From a virus, in UHGV virus genome UHGV-0148165: 64,000 nt of DNA, one strand, 5' to 3'. The notes under the pieces are model-generated. The model did not search any database, was not told where the DNA came from, and saw only the letters and a list, made by a program, of their open reading frames with translations. This document shows positions 39,860-52,836 of the stretch, in pieces. Numbering within the stretch: position 1 is the stretch's first letter; every line of letters starts with the position of its first letter. The position numbers were made by a program, and so were the translations under genes.

Positions 39860-40768
39860 ATGTTTAAACGTAAATCTACTGCTGAACTCGCTGCGCAAAT
39901 GGCTAAACTGGCTGGAAATAAAGGTGGTTTTTCTTCTGAAGATAAAGGCGAGTGGAAACTGAAACTCGATAATGCGGGTAACGGTCAAGCAGTAATTCGT
40001 TTTCTTCCGTCTAAAAATGATGAACAAGCACCATTCGCAATTCTTGTAAATCACGGTTTCAAGAAAAATGGTAAATGGTATATTGAAACATGTTCATCTA
40101 CTCACGGTGATTACGATTCTTGCCCAGTATGTCAATACATCAGTAAAAATGATCTGTACAACACTGACAATAAAGAGTACAGTCTTGTTAAACGTAAAAC
40201 TTCTTACTGGGCTAACATTCTTGTTGTAAAAGACCCAGCTGCTCCAGAAAACGAAGGTAAAGTATTTAAATACCGTTTCGGTAAGAAAATCTGGGATAAA
40301 ATCAATGCAATGATTGCGGTTGATGTCGAAATGGGTGAAACTCCGGTTGATGTAACTTGTCCGTGGGAAGGTGCTAACTTTGTACTGAAAGTTAAACAAG
40401 TTTCTGGATTTAGTAACTACGATGAATCTAAATTCCTGAATCAATCTGCGATTCCAAACATTGACGATGAATCTTTCCAGAAAGAACTGTTCGAACAAAT
40501 GGTTGACCTTTCTGAAATGACTTCTAAAGATAAATTCAAATCGTTTGAAGAACTGAGCACTAAGTTCAGTCAAGTTATGGGAACTGCTGCTATGGGTGGT
40601 GCCGCTGCAACTGCTGCTAAGAAAGCTGATAAAGTTGCTGATGATTTGGATGCATTCAATGTTGATGACTTCAATACAAAAACTGAAGATGATTTTATGA
40701 GCTCAAGCTCTGGCAGTTCATCTAGTGCTGATGACACGGATCTGGATGACCTTTTAAATGACCTTTAA
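39860..40768 (+). CDS. 32: single-stranded DNA-binding protein gp32, 302 aa
   Basis: [50 protein letters not shown]... and acidic C-terminus match T4 gp32 as recalled. Confidence 0.9.
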
Positions 40769-40790
40769 TAAATTATATTACTAATTAATT

Positions 40791-40815
40791 GGGGACCCTA
40801 GAGGTCCCCTTTTTT
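40791..40815 (+). terminator. intrinsic terminator after gene 32
   Basis: GGGGACC-CTAGA-GGTCCCC followed by TTTTTT. Confidence 0.75.
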
Positions 40816-40840
40816 ATTTCAAAAATTTTTTCACAAAACG

Positions 40841-40870
40841 GTTTACATCCTTGTCCTTCCATGGTACTAT
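40841..40870 (+). promoter_or_regulatory. strong T4 early promoter with UP element
   Basis: AAAAATTTTTTCACAAAACG then GTTTAC 40841-40846, 18-nt spacer, TGG-TACTAT 40865-40870. Confidence 0.6.
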
Positions 40871-40913
40871 ACAACTATCAGCAATACTGCTAATAATTGA
40901 AGAGGAAAATAAT

Positions 40914-41141
40914 ATGGCTAAAGTTGATATTGACATCGTTGATTTTGAATATATTGAAGAAATTATTCGTAATCGTTATCCTGAACTTAGTATCACAAGT
41001 GTACAAGATTCTAAGTTTTGGAGTATTCAAATCGTTATTGAAGGTCCTCTTGAAGACCTCACCCGCTTTATGGCTAATGAATATTGTGATGGCATGGATT
41101 CTGAAGACGCAGAATTTTACATGGGACTGATTGAACAATAA
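40914..41141 (+). CDS. hypothetical acidic protein, 75 aa
   Basis: ATG 40914 after GAGGAAAATAAT; track ORF 40851 starts inside the promoter. Confidence 0.45.
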   Translation: MAKVDIDIVDFEYIEEIIRNRYPELSITSVQDSKFWSIQIVIEGPLEDLTRFMANEYCDGMDSEDAEFYMGLIEQ

Positions 41142-41186
41142 TTATCAAGGGGCTATTAAGCCCCTATTAAAATGAGGAAAATCAAA

Positions 41187-41573
41187 ATGGAAATCGGCAA
41201 AAAATACGAGTTAAATCCACATCGTATTAAATCTTTCATTGATATTAGTTCATCAAATGCTAATATGGTCGGCATCATTCAAGAAAATGGTGGTTGGTTT
41301 GAAGTTAAATCAATATCAAGTTTAGATGGCTTTGATTATGTAACCGAAATCATTTGTGCTAATGGTGAAATCTATAATGATGATGGTATGGGTGATGATT
41401 ATTTTGAACTTAGTGAAGAAGAGTTTTATTGTTTCCGCGAATATAAAGAACCGACTTCTGAAGAAGATGAAGTCAAAGACAAGGTTTATGGCGTAACAAA
41501 AATTCACTGCATTGTAGACGAAAACAATGTAGATGAAATCATTGAACTTTTGCGAAAAACTTTCAAAAAGTAG
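41187..41573 (+). CDS. hypothetical protein, 128 aa
   Basis: ATG 41187 after GAGGAAAATCAAA. Confidence 0.45.
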   Translation: MEIGKKYELNPHRIKSFIDISSSNANMVGIIQENGGWFEVKSISSLDGFDYVTEIICANGEIYNDDGMGDDYFELSEEEFYCFREYKEPTSEEDEVKDKVYGVTKIHCIVDENNVDEIIELLRKTFKK

Positions 41574-41602
41574 TTTACAACAGGGTAGTAGTGTGATACT
41601 AT
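41573..41602 (+). promoter_or_regulatory. T4 early-type promoter
   Basis: GTTTAC 41573-41578, 18-nt spacer, TACTAT 41597-41602. Confidence 0.5.
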
Positions 41603-41712
41603 TACCCTATCAAAATTAATGGAGAAAAGAAAATGTTCGCACCTTATATTATGGCAGCAGTTATGTTGGTCTGTTTATACCTTTTGATTAAAGCTTGCTA
41701 AGGAGAATAAAA

Positions 41713-41955
41713 ATGAGATTACAACGTCAGAGCATCAAAGATTCAGAAGTTAGAGGTAAATGGTATTTTAATATCATCGGTAAAGATTCTGAGCTTGTTG
41801 AAAAAGCTGAACACCTTTTACGTGATATGGGGTGGGAAGATGAATGTGATGGATGTCCTCTTTATGAAGACGGAGAAAGCGCAGGATTCTGGATTTACCA
41901 TTCTGACGTCGAGCAGTTTAAAGCTGATTGGAAAATTGTGAAAAAGTCTGTTTAA
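41713..41955 (+). CDS. hypothetical protein, 80 aa
   Basis: ATG 41713 after AAGGAGAATAAAA. Confidence 0.45.
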   Translation: MRLQRQSIKDSEVRGKWYFNIIGKDSELVEKAEHLLRDMGWEDECDGCPLYEDGESAGFWIYHSDVEQFKADWKIVKKSV

Positions 41956-41965
41956 GGAAAATAAT

Positions 41966-42994
<1,029 letters not shown>

Positions 42995-42995
<1 letters not shown>

Positions 42996-43543
42996 TGAAA
43001 CAATACCAATTTTTAATTAAAGATATCCTGGAAAATGGCTACGAAACCGATGACCGAACAGGCACAGGAACAATTGCTTTGTTCGGTACTAAATTACGCT
43101 GGGATTTAACTAAAGGTTTTCCTGCAGTAACAACTAAGAAGCTCGCCTGGAAAGCTTGCATTGCTGAGCTAATATGGTTTTTATCGGGAAGCACAAATGT
43201 CAATGATTTACGATTAATTCAGCATGATTCGTTAATCCAAGGCAAAACAGTCTGGGATGAAAATTACGAAAATCAAGCAAAAGATTTAGGATACCATAGC
43301 GGTGAACTTGGTCCAATTTATGGAAAACAATGGCGCGATTTTGGCGGTGTAGACCAAATTATAGAAGTTGTTGATCGTATTAAAAAATTGCCAAATGATA
43401 GGCGTCAAATTGTTTCAGCATGGAATCCAGCTGAACTCAAGCAGATGGCATTACCGCCTTGTCATATGTTCTATCAGTTTAATGTGCGTAATGGCTATTT
43501 GGATTTGCAGTGGTATCAACGATCAGTAGATGTTTTCTTGGGT
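42995..43543 (+). CDS. td: thymidylate synthase, exon 1 (183 codons)
   Basis: MKQYQFLIKDILENGYETDDRTGTGT...; reading frame hits TAA at the first intron codon. Confidence 0.9.
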
Positions 43544-44559
43544 TAATTGAGGCCTGAGTATAAGGTGACTTATACTTGTAATCTATCTAAACGGGGAACC
43601 TCTCTAGTAGACAATCCCGTGCTAAATTGTAGGACTGCCCTTTAATAAATACTTCTATATTTAAAGAGGTATTTATGAAAAGCGGAATTTATCAGATTAA
43701 AAATACTTTAAACAATAAAGTATATGTAGGAAGTGCTAAAGATTTTGAAAAGAGATGGAAGAGGCATTTTAAAGATTTAGAAAAAGGATGCCATTCTTCT
43801 ATAAAGCTTCAGAGGTCTTTTAACAAACATGGTAATGTGTTTGAATGTTCTATTTTGGAAGAAATTCCATATGAGAAAGATTTGATTATTGAACGAGAAA
43901 ATTTTTGGATTAAAGAGCTTAATTCTAAAATTAATGGATACAATATTGCTGATGCAACGTTTGGTGATACATGTTCTACGCATCCATTAAAAGAAGAAAT
44001 TATTAAGAAACGTTCTGAAACTGTTAAAGCTAAGATGCTTAAACTTGGACCTGATGGTCGGAAAGCTCTTTACAGTAAACCCGGAAGTAAAAACGGGCGT
44101 TGGAATCCAGAAACCCATAAGTTTTGTAAGTGCGGTGTTCGCATACAAACTTCTGCTTATACTTGTAGTAAATGCAGAAATCGTTCAGGTGAAAATAATT
44201 CATTCTTTAATCATAAGCATTCAGACATAACTAAATCTAAAATATCAGAAAAGATGAAAGGTAAAAAGCCTAGTAATATTAAAAAGATTTCATGTGATGG
44301 GGTTATTTTTGATTGTGCAGCAGATGCAGCTAGACATTTTAAAATTTCGTCTGGATTAGTTACTTATCGTGTAAAATCTGATAAATGGAATTGGTTCTAC
44401 ATAAATGCCTAACGACTATCCCTTTGGGGAGTAGGGTCAAGTGACTCGAAACGATAGACAACTTGCTTTAACAAGTTGGAGATATAGTCTGATCTGCATG
44501 GTGACATGCAGCTGGATATAATTCCGGGGTAAGATTAACGACCTTATCTGAACATAATG
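43544..44559 (+). mobile_element. group I self-splicing intron in td, 1016 nt, carrying I-TevI
   Basis: exon 1 ends GGT, intron starts TAATTGAGGCCTGAGTATAAGGTG, conserved core GTAGGGTCAAGTGACTCGAAA, intron ends ...AACATAATG; exons rejoin in frame. Confidence 0.9.
43675..44412 (+). CDS. GIY-YIG homing endonuclease I-TevI, 245 aa
   Basis: GIY-YIG motif IYQIKNTLNNKVYVGSAKDFEKR; C-terminal zinc finger and DNA-binding region; inside td intron. Confidence 0.9.
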   Translation: MKSGIYQIKNTLNNKVYVGSAKDFEKRWKRHFKDLEKGCHSSIKLQRSFNKHGNVFECSILEEIPYEKDLIIERENFWIKELNSKINGYNIADATFGDTCSTHPLKEEIIKKRSETVKAKMLKLGPDGRKALYSKPGSKNGRWNPETHKFCKCGVRIQTSAYTCSKCRNRSGENNSFFNHKHSDITKSKISEKMKGKKPSNIKKISCDGVIFDCAADAARHFKISSGLVTYRVKSDKWNWFYINA

Positions 44560-44871
44560 CTACCATTTAATATTGCATCATATGCTACGTTAGTTCATAT
44601 TGTAGCTAAGATGTGTAATCTTATTCCGGGAGATTTGATATTTTCCGGTGGTAATACTCATATCTATATGAATCACGTAGAACAATGTAAAGAAATTTTA
44701 CGTCGTGAACCTAAAGAGCTTTGTGAACTGGTAATAGGCGGATTGCCTTATAAATTCCGCTATCTTTCTACTAAAGAACAATTGGAATACATTCTTAAAC
44801 TCAGGCCTAAAGATTTCGTTCTCAAAGATTATCAGTCCCACGGCGTCTTGAAAGGAAAAATGGCGGTGTAA
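44560..44871 (+). CDS. td: thymidylate synthase, exon 2 (103 codons)
   Basis: LPFNIASYATLVHIVAKMCNLIPGD... continues the TS fold. Confidence 0.9.
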   Translation, partial: LPFNIASYATLVHIVAKMCNLIPGDLIFSGGNTHIYMNHVEQCKEILRREPKELCELVIGGLPYKFRYLSTKEQLEYILKLRPKDFVLKDYQSHGVLKGKMAV

Positions 44872-44882
44872 TTTCAATTTAA

Positions 44883-45158
44883 TTGCGAGGATATATGATT
44901 TTACGATTTAAAGATACTTCTGGTGTAGTTCTTTTTACACTTCCTAACCCAAGCGAGTTAGAAGTTCCAGGACCAAATCAGCCTATTATCATTTATGGCA
45001 AAAAATATTATACTCATAAAATGACTCGTGAGTATTTTGATAATAAAATTTCTACAGTTAAAACTTCTTCTGATTGTTACTATGATATTACTGTTTTGAC
45101 GGAAAAACAATATGTTGAATTATCACCGCGCGGGCCGTCTATGCCGGGTAGTGAATAA
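44883..45158 (+). CDS. hypothetical protein, 91 aa
   Basis: complete ORF between td and nrdA; true start uncertain. Confidence 0.4.
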   Translation: MRGYMILRFKDTSGVVLFTLPNPSELEVPGPNQPIIIYGKKYYTHKMTREYFDNKISTVKTSSDCYYDITVLTEKQYVELSPRGPSMPGSE

Positions 45159-45438
45159 ATATAAATCCGACTTTGATGTTAATATTCACCGTGGTACATT
45201 TTGGGGAAATTACGTCGGTAAAGATGCTGGCAGCCGGGAGGCTGCCATTGAATTATTCAAAAAAGATTTTATACGTCGAATTAAATCCGGAGAAATAACT
45301 AAAGCACATTTAGAGCCTTTACGTGGAATGAGGCTAGGATGCACATGTAAACCAAAGCCGTGTCATGGTGATATAATAGCTCATATAGTTAACCGACTGT
45401 TTAAAGACGATTTTCAAGTTGAGGACTTATGCAATTAA
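45112..45438 (+). CDS. hypothetical protein, 108 aa, Cys/His cluster
   Basis: [12 protein letters not shown] motif; overlaps neighbours, true start uncertain. Confidence 0.4.
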   Translation: MLNYHRAGRLCRVVNKYKSDFDVNIHRGTFWGNYVGKDAGSREAAIELFKKDFIRRIKSGEITKAHLEPLRGMRLGCTCKPKPCHGDIIAHIVNRLFKDDFQVEDLCN

Positions 45439-47693
45439 TTAATGTTATCAAAAGTAGTGGTGTTTCTCAGAGCTTTGACCCGCAAAAAATTATTAAAGTT
45501 TTATCTTGGGCAGCTGAAGGAACATCAGTAGATCCTTATGAATTATATGAAAATATTAAATCTTATCTCCGTGATGGAATGACAACTGATGATATTCAGA
45601 CTATTGTCATTAAGGCCGCTGCGAATTCTATTTCGGTTGAAGAGCCTGATTATCAATATGTAGCTGCACGCTGTTTAATGTTCGCTCTTCGTAAGCATGT
45701 TTATGGGCAGTATGAACCACGTTCATTTATTGACCATATTTCTTACTGTGTAAATGAAGGTAAATATGACCCTGAATTGTTGTCAAAATATTCAGCAGAA
45801 GAAATTACATTTTTAGAATCAAAAATTAAGCACGAGCGGGATATGGAATTTACTTATTCCGGAGCGATGCAATTAAAAGAAAAATATCTAGTCAAAGATA
45901 AAACCACCGGTCAAATTTATGAAACTCCGCAGTTTGCATTTATGACTATTGGAATGGCATTGCATCAAGATGAACCTGTTGATAGACTAAAACACGTTAT
46001 CCGTTTTTATGAAGCAGTATCTACTCGACAGATTTCATTGCCAACTCCTATTATGGCTGGTTGCCGTACTCCGACTCGACAGTTTAGTTCATGTGTTGTT
46101 ATTGAGGCAGGAGATTCATTGAAGTCTATCAATAAGGCTTCCGCTTCAATTGTTGAATATATCTCTAAACGCGCTGGAATTGGTATTAACGTTGGTATGA
46201 TTCGTGCCGAAGGTTCTAAGATTGGCATGGGTGAAGTACGCCATACTGGTGTTATTCCTTTTTGGAAACATTTTCAGACTGCAGTTAAATCATGTTCACA
46301 GGGTGGAATTCGTGGCGGCGCTGCTACTGCTTATTATCCTATTTGGCATTTGGAAGTTGAAAATCTTCTCGTTTTGAAAAATAACAAAGGCGTAGAAGAA
46401 AACCGCATTCGTCATATGGATTATGGTGTTCAACTGAATGATTTGATGATGGAACGTTTTGGAAAGAACGATTACATTACTTTGTTCAGTCCCCATGAAA
46501 TGGGTGGAGAGCTTTATTATTCTTATTTTAAAGACCAAGACCGTTTCCGTGAATTATACGAAGCAGCAGAAAAAGACCCTAATATTCGTAAAAAGCGTAT
46601 TAAAGCCCGTGAACTATTTGAATTGCTCATGACTGAACGTTCAGGAACAGCAAGGATTTATGTACAGTTCATTGATAATACGAATAACTATACTCCGTTT
46701 ATTCGTGAAAAGGCACCTATTCGTCAGAGTAACTTGTGCTGTGAAATTGCTATTCCAACAAATGATGTGAATAGTCCTGATGCTGAAATTGGATTGTGTA
46801 CTCTCTCTGCATTCGTACTAGATAATTTTGACTGGCAAGACCAAGATAAAATTAATGAATTGGCAGAAGTTCAAGTTCGTGCTCTTGATAATCTTTTGGA
46901 TTACCAAGGATATCCAGTTCCTGAAGCAGAAAAAGCTAAAAAGCGTCGTAACCTTGGCGTAGGTGTTACCAACTATGCAGCTTGGCTGGCAAGTAACTTT
47001 GCTTCTTATGAAGATGCTAACGATTTAACACATGAACTATTTGAGAGATTACAGTATGGACTCATTAAAGCATCCATTAAGCTCGCCAAAGAAAAAGGAC
47101 CTTGCGAATATTATTCAGACACTCGTTGGTCTCGAGGCGAATTACCTATCGACTGGTACAATAAAAAGATTGACCAAATCGCAGCTCCAAAATACGTTTG
47201 TGACTGGTCGTCGCTGCGGGAAGACCTCAAGCTCTTTGGCATCCGTAATAGCACATTATCAGCACTTATGCCATGTGAGTCATCTTCCCAAGTTTCTAAC
47301 AGTACAAACGGTATCGAGCCTCCACGTGGACCGGTAAGTGTTAAAGAATCAAAAGAGGGTTCCTTTAATCAAGTCGTGCCCAATATTGAGCATAACATAG
47401 ACCTCTATGATTATACGTGGAAATTAGCTAAGAAAGGTAATAAACCTTATCTTACACAGGTAGCTATTATGCTGAAATGGGTATGTCAATCAGCTTCAGC
47501 GAATACATACTATGACCCGCAAATTTTTCCAAAAGGAAAGGTTCCAATGTCAATAATGATTGATGACATGCTATATGGATGGTATTATGGCATTAAAAAT
47601 TTCTATTATCATAATACCCGTGATGGTTCTGGTACTGATGATTATGAAATAGAAACTCCAAAAGCTGAAGATTGTTCATCCTGTAAATTATGA
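45429..47693 (+). CDS. nrdA: ribonucleotide reductase large subunit NrdA, 754 aa
   Basis: N-terminal ATP-cone, class I RNR catalytic core; length matches T4 NrdA. Confidence 0.9.
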   Translation: MQLINVIKSSGVSQSFDPQKIIKVLSWAAEGTSVDPYELYENIKSYLRDGMTTDDIQTIVIKAAANSISVEEPDYQYVAARCLMFALRKHVYGQYEPRSFIDHISYCVNEGKYDPELLSKYSAEEITFLESKIKHERDMEFTYSGAMQLKEKYLVKDKTTGQIYETPQFAFMTIGMALHQDEPVDRLKHVIRFYEAVSTRQISLPTPIMAGCRTPTRQFSSCVVIEAGDSLKSINKASASIVEYISKRAGIGINVGMIRAEGSKIGMGEVRHTGVIPFWKHFQTAVKSCSQGGIRGGAATAYYPIWHLEVENLLVLKNNKGVEENRIRHMDYGVQLNDLMMERFGKNDYITLFSPHEMGGELYYSYFKDQDRFRELYEAAEKDPNIRKKRIKARELFELLMTERSGTARIYVQFIDNTNNYTPFIREKAPIRQSNLCCEIAIPTNDVNSPDAEIGLCTLSAFVLDNFDWQDQDKINELAEVQVRALDNLLDYQGYPVPEAEKAKKRRNLGVGVTNYAAWLASNFASYEDANDLTHELFERLQYGLIKASIKLAKEKGPCEYYSDTRWSRGELPIDWYNKKIDQIAAPKYVCDWSSLREDLKLFGIRNSTLSALMPCESSSQVSNSTNGIEPPRGPVSVKESKEGSFNQVVPNIEHNIDLYDYTWKLAKKGNKPYLTQVAIMLKWVCQSASANTYYDPQIFPKGKVPMSIMIDDMLYGWYYGIKNFYYHNTRDGSGTDDYEIETPKAEDCSSCKL

Positions 47694-47744
47694 TATAATT
47701 TGACTCATGGACGAGTCACTATCTATTAACTAAGTGGAAAATTT

Positions 47745-48420
47745 ATGAGCACAGTTTTTAATACAAACCCAGTTGATGTTTTAAAAGAACCTATGTTTTT
47801 TGGTTCAGGTCTTGGTATTGCGCGTTATGATATTCAACGCCATAAAGTTTTTGAAGATTTGACCGAAAAGCAATTGTCATTTTTCTGGCGTCCTGAAGAA
47901 GTAAACTTAATGATGGATGCTGCACAGTTTAATAAGCTTCCTCAGTATCAGCAAAATATTTTTACTAATAACCTGAAGTATCAATCACTTTTGGATAGCA
48001 TTCAGGGTCGTGCGCCATCTGCTGTACTTATGTCATTAATTTCAGACCCGAGTCTTGATACATGGGTTGCTACATGGACTTTTAGTGAAACTATTCACAG
48101 CCGTTCATATACACATATCATGCGAAATCTTTATACTGATCCATCGAAGGTATTTGATGAGATTGTATTAGATGAAGCTATTATGAAACGTGCTGAATCC
48201 ATTGGACGCTATTATGATGACGTTCTGATTAAAACCCGTGAATGGGAAAATGCTAAAGAATTTGTAGAACTAGCTAAAGAATCTCCTGATGCTGTCTTTC
48301 GTTTAAACCGAGCTATTAAACAAGAAGCCGAAGCTAAACGTGCTTTAATGAAATCTCTTTACCTCTGTTTGCACGTTATTAATGCCTTAGAAGCAATTCG
48401 TTTTTATGTATCTTTTGCGT
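47745..48420 (+). CDS. nrdB: ribonucleotide reductase small subunit NrdB, exon 1
   Basis: ends ...LEAIRFYVSFA + first base of Cys codon; frame then hits TAA in the intron. Confidence 0.85.
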
Positions 48421-49510
48421 AAAATGCGCCTTTAAACGGTAACGTTTATCGAAAACTCCTTTAATTGCTGGAAAGTCCTTTATAGGAAAACTAGCAGCCA
48501 AGGTTTTGCTTGCACCTTTAATTAGTATAATATAAATATGATTATACTTTTAAGAGGATGCACAATTGAACTATAGAAAAATTTGGATAGATGCTAACGG
48601 ACCTATACCTAAAGATTCTGATGGAAGAACATACGAAATCCATCATAAAGACGGTAACCGTGAAAATAATGATTTAGATAATTTGATGTGCCTTTCTATA
48701 CAGGAACATTATGATATACATTTAGCTCAAAAAGATTACCAGGCTTGTCATGCTATAAAGCTTAGAATGAAATATTCTCCTGAAGAAATTTCTGAATTAG
48801 CTTCTAAAGCCGCAAAATCTAGAGAAATCCAGATTTTTAATATCCCTGAAGTACGAGCTAAAAATATTGCCTCTATTAAATCTAAGATAGAAAATGGTAC
48901 ATTTCATCTTTTAGATGGTGAAATACAGCGTAAATCTAATTTAAATAGAGCTGCATTAGGTATACATAATTTTCAACAAGCTGAGCATATTGCAAAAGTT
49001 AAAGAACGCAATATTGCAGCTATAAAAGAAGGTACTCATGTATTTTGCGGTGGTAAAATGCAGTCAGAAACTCAATCAAAACGGGTAAATGACGGTTCAC
49101 ATCATTTCTTATCAGAAGACCATAAGAAAAGAACATCAGCAAAAACATTAGAAATGGTTAAGAACGGGACCCATCCTGCACAAAAAGAAATCACATGTGA
49201 TTTCTGTGGTCACATTGGTAAAAGTCCTGGATTTTATCTAAAACATAATGACAGATGTAAATTAAATCCAAATAGAATTCAATTGAATTGTCCATATTGT
49301 GATAAGAAAGATTTATCACCATCAACATATAAACGATGGCACGGCGACAATTGCAAAACAAGGTTCAACGACTAGTCTTCGGACGTAGGGTCAAGCGACT
49401 CGAAATGGGGAGAATCCCTCCGGGATTGTGATATAGTCTGGACTGCATGGTAACATGCAGCAGTTCATAAGAGAACGGGTTGAGAATTAGCGAGCTCAAT
49501 CGAACATACG
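48421..49510 (+). mobile_element. group I self-splicing intron in nrdB, 1090 nt, carrying a full-length HNH endonuclease gene
   Basis: exon 1 ends with U, intron ends with G 49510; shares core GTAGGGTCAAGCGACTCGAAA and 3' CTGCATGGTAACATGCAG with the td intron; exons rejoin to ...SFACTFNFHKNMEIMEGNAK. Confidence 0.8.
48566..49375 (+). CDS. HNH homing endonuclease (I-TevIII-like), 269 aa, TTG start
   Basis: HNH motif EIHHKDGNRENNDLDNLMCLSIQEH; C-terminal Cys-rich zinc-finger-like region; inside nrdB intron; AAGAGG 8 nt upstream of TTG. Confidence 0.8.
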   Translation: MNYRKIWIDANGPIPKDSDGRTYEIHHKDGNRENNDLDNLMCLSIQEHYDIHLAQKDYQACHAIKLRMKYSPEEISELASKAAKSREIQIFNIPEVRAKNIASIKSKIENGTFHLLDGEIQRKSNLNRAALGIHNFQQAEHIAKVKERNIAAIKEGTHVFCGGKMQSETQSKRVNDGSHHFLSEDHKKRTSAKTLEMVKNGTHPAQKEITCDFCGHIGKSPGFYLKHNDRCKLNPNRIQLNCPYCDKKDLSPSTYKRWHGDNCKTRFND

Positions 49511-50013
49511 GTACCTTTAACTTCCATAAAAACATGGAAATCATGGAAGGTAATGCCAAGATTATGAAGTTCATTGCACGCGATGAACAGCTTCACCTTA
49601 AAGGCACCCAATATATTATTCGTCAACTTCAATCTGGTACTGATGGCGATGAATGGGTTAAAATTGCTCAAGAGTGTGAACAAGAAGCAGTTGATATTTT
49701 CATGGAAGTTAACCGCCAAGAAAAAGATTGGGCAGTTCATTTATTTAAAGATGGCGATGTTCCTGGATTAAATACAAATAGCATGTGGAGCTTTATTGAT
49801 TACTTAACTGTATCTCGTATGAAACAGTGCGGTCTTCCATGCCCAATTACCGATGCTCCGGTTAAACATCCATATCCTTGGATTCGTGAATATCTTAATT
49901 CTGATAATGTTCAATCCGCGCCACAAGAAGTAGAACTGTCATCTTATCTTGTTGCACAGATTGATAATGATGTTGATGATAAAGTTATGATGAGTTTTAA
50001 AAAATACTTTTAA
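49511..50013 (+). CDS. nrdB: ribonucleotide reductase small subunit NrdB, exon 2
   Basis: MEGNAKIMKFIARDEQLHLKGTQ... conserved RNR R2 region. Confidence 0.85.
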
Positions 50014-50017
50014 GGAG

Positions 50018-50040
50018 TGGGCCGCAAGGCCCATTTTATT
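50018..50040 (+). terminator. GNRA-loop hairpin plus T-run after nrdB, lying between the AAGGAG and the denA ATG
   Basis: TGGGCC-GCAA-GGCCCA followed by TTTTATT. Confidence 0.5.
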
Positions 50041-51628
<1,588 letters not shown>

Positions 51629-51631
51629 GCT

Positions 51632-51661
51632 GTTTACAAGTCCCTCATGTTGTGTTATAGT
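51632..51661 (+). promoter_or_regulatory. T4 early-type promoter upstream of alc, with flanking imperfect inverted repeat that includes the SD
   Basis: GTTTAC 51632-51637, TATAGT 51656-51661; AGTCCCTCATGTT 51639-51651 pairs with AACATGAGGACT 51676-51687. Confidence 0.45.
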
Positions 51662-51692
51662 AGTCTTACTGACATAACATGAGGACTTTATG

Positions 51693-52196
51693 ATGGATTT
51701 GCAGCTTATTACTACTGAAATGGTCGTTGAAGCATACGGTGATACTACAGATGGGATTTCTGTATTCAAAGGAAATCGTCGAGTTGGATATATCACCGAT
51801 CTTAAGAAAGATTTAGCTAAGCAAGTCAAGCGGAAAACGACCATTAAAGAATATCGAAATCGTCGTCTTGAGCAAGCCCGTGATATGCTTCCTGATGCGG
51901 TTGAAGAGATGAAAGTCTTTTTAGAAAATCAACTCGCTAAGTATGATTGTGAAGTGTTCATTAATCAGACTCAACCTAATGTTCATATCAATAGCTGTAA
52001 ATGCTATATCATCGTTAATCCTTTAACGGGAAAACATCGTCTTGGAATTAGTAATCCAAATCGTAGCGCATCGGATATGGCAGAAGATGTTGAGGCATGC
52101 TTTAAAATTTCTAAATCTCCAGCTGAACATCATATTTTAATTAACGGTCTTTCTCAAGACGATATTATAGAGGTTATTAAAACTTTATGCATGTAA
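51693..52196 (+). CDS. alc: Alc-like protein (inhibitor of host transcription), 167 aa
   Basis: 167 aa, position between rnlA and pseT as in T4; assignment from size and synteny. Confidence 0.6.
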   Translation: MDLQLITTEMVVEAYGDTTDGISVFKGNRRVGYITDLKKDLAKQVKRKTTIKEYRNRRLEQARDMLPDAVEEMKVFLENQLAKYDCEVFINQTQPNVHINSCKCYIIVNPLTGKHRLGISNPNRSASDMAEDVEACFKISKSPAEHHILINGLSQDDIIEVIKTLCM

Positions 52197-52540
52197 GTAA
52201 TTTTACAGCTGGATTGCTATTACTTGTAATAGCATTTGGCGGAACATCTATTATTTTAAAAAATAAGGTAGAAAGATTAGAAACATCAGTTACTGAAATT
52301 ACAAAAACAGCCAATGAAAACGCTTTAGCATTAAATAATTTGCGAATTCAGTATAATTATATTGATGCGATGAATAATAAAAATCGTGAGGCAATTGCTG
52401 CTATTGAGCGTGAAAATGAAAAACTGCGCAAAGATGCAAAGAAGGCGGATGTGGTGGCTCATAAGCCAGGATTGGTTGAAAAACAAATCAACAACTCCTT
52501 CAACAAGTTCGCAGAAGACATCCAGGACCTTTCTAAATGA
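52187..52540 (+). CDS. hypothetical protein with N-terminal TM segment, 117 aa
   Basis: N-terminus MHVSNFTAGLLLLVIAFGGTSIIL; coiled-coil-like remainder. Confidence 0.45.
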   Translation: MHVSNFTAGLLLLVIAFGGTSIILKNKVERLETSVTEITKTANENALALNNLRIQYNYIDAMNNKNREAIAAIERENEKLRKDAKKADVVAHKPGLVEKQINNSFNKFAEDIQDLSK

Positions 52541-52836
52541 TTAAACTATCAGCAGTAATATTATCTATTGGTCTTCTAGTTGGTTGTTCTACAAAGCCTC
52601 TAGAAGTAAAGAAAGAAACAGTTCATCCTAATTGGCCTGTACAAATAAAGTCATATGATGAAGCTAAACTATCTTGGCAAGTTAAAGTTATCGATGGTAA
52701 AGCTTGGGTCGGTATGCCATTTGAAGATTCTCAGGAATTTCGTATTTGGCTTAATGATGTAAAACGATATGTACATGACCAGAAAACTATGATATGTTAT
52801 TATCGTCAAGAGTTAAAAGAGGATAAATGTAAATGA
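52537..52836 (+). CDS. putative lipoprotein, 99 aa
   Basis: signal peptide with lipobox LVGC (MIKLSAVILSIGLLVGCSTKP). Confidence 0.5.
   Translation: MIKLSAVILSIGLLVGCSTKPLEVKKETVHPNWPVQIKSYDEAKLSWQVKVIDGKAWVGMPFEDSQEFRIWLNDVKRYVHDQKTMICYYRQELKEDKCK

Noticed and set aside
44557-44559. ATG given as start of a 104-aa ORF at the td exon 2 boundary
   Set aside because: These three nucleotides are the 3' end of the td group I intron; exon 2 is joined by splicing, not initiated here.
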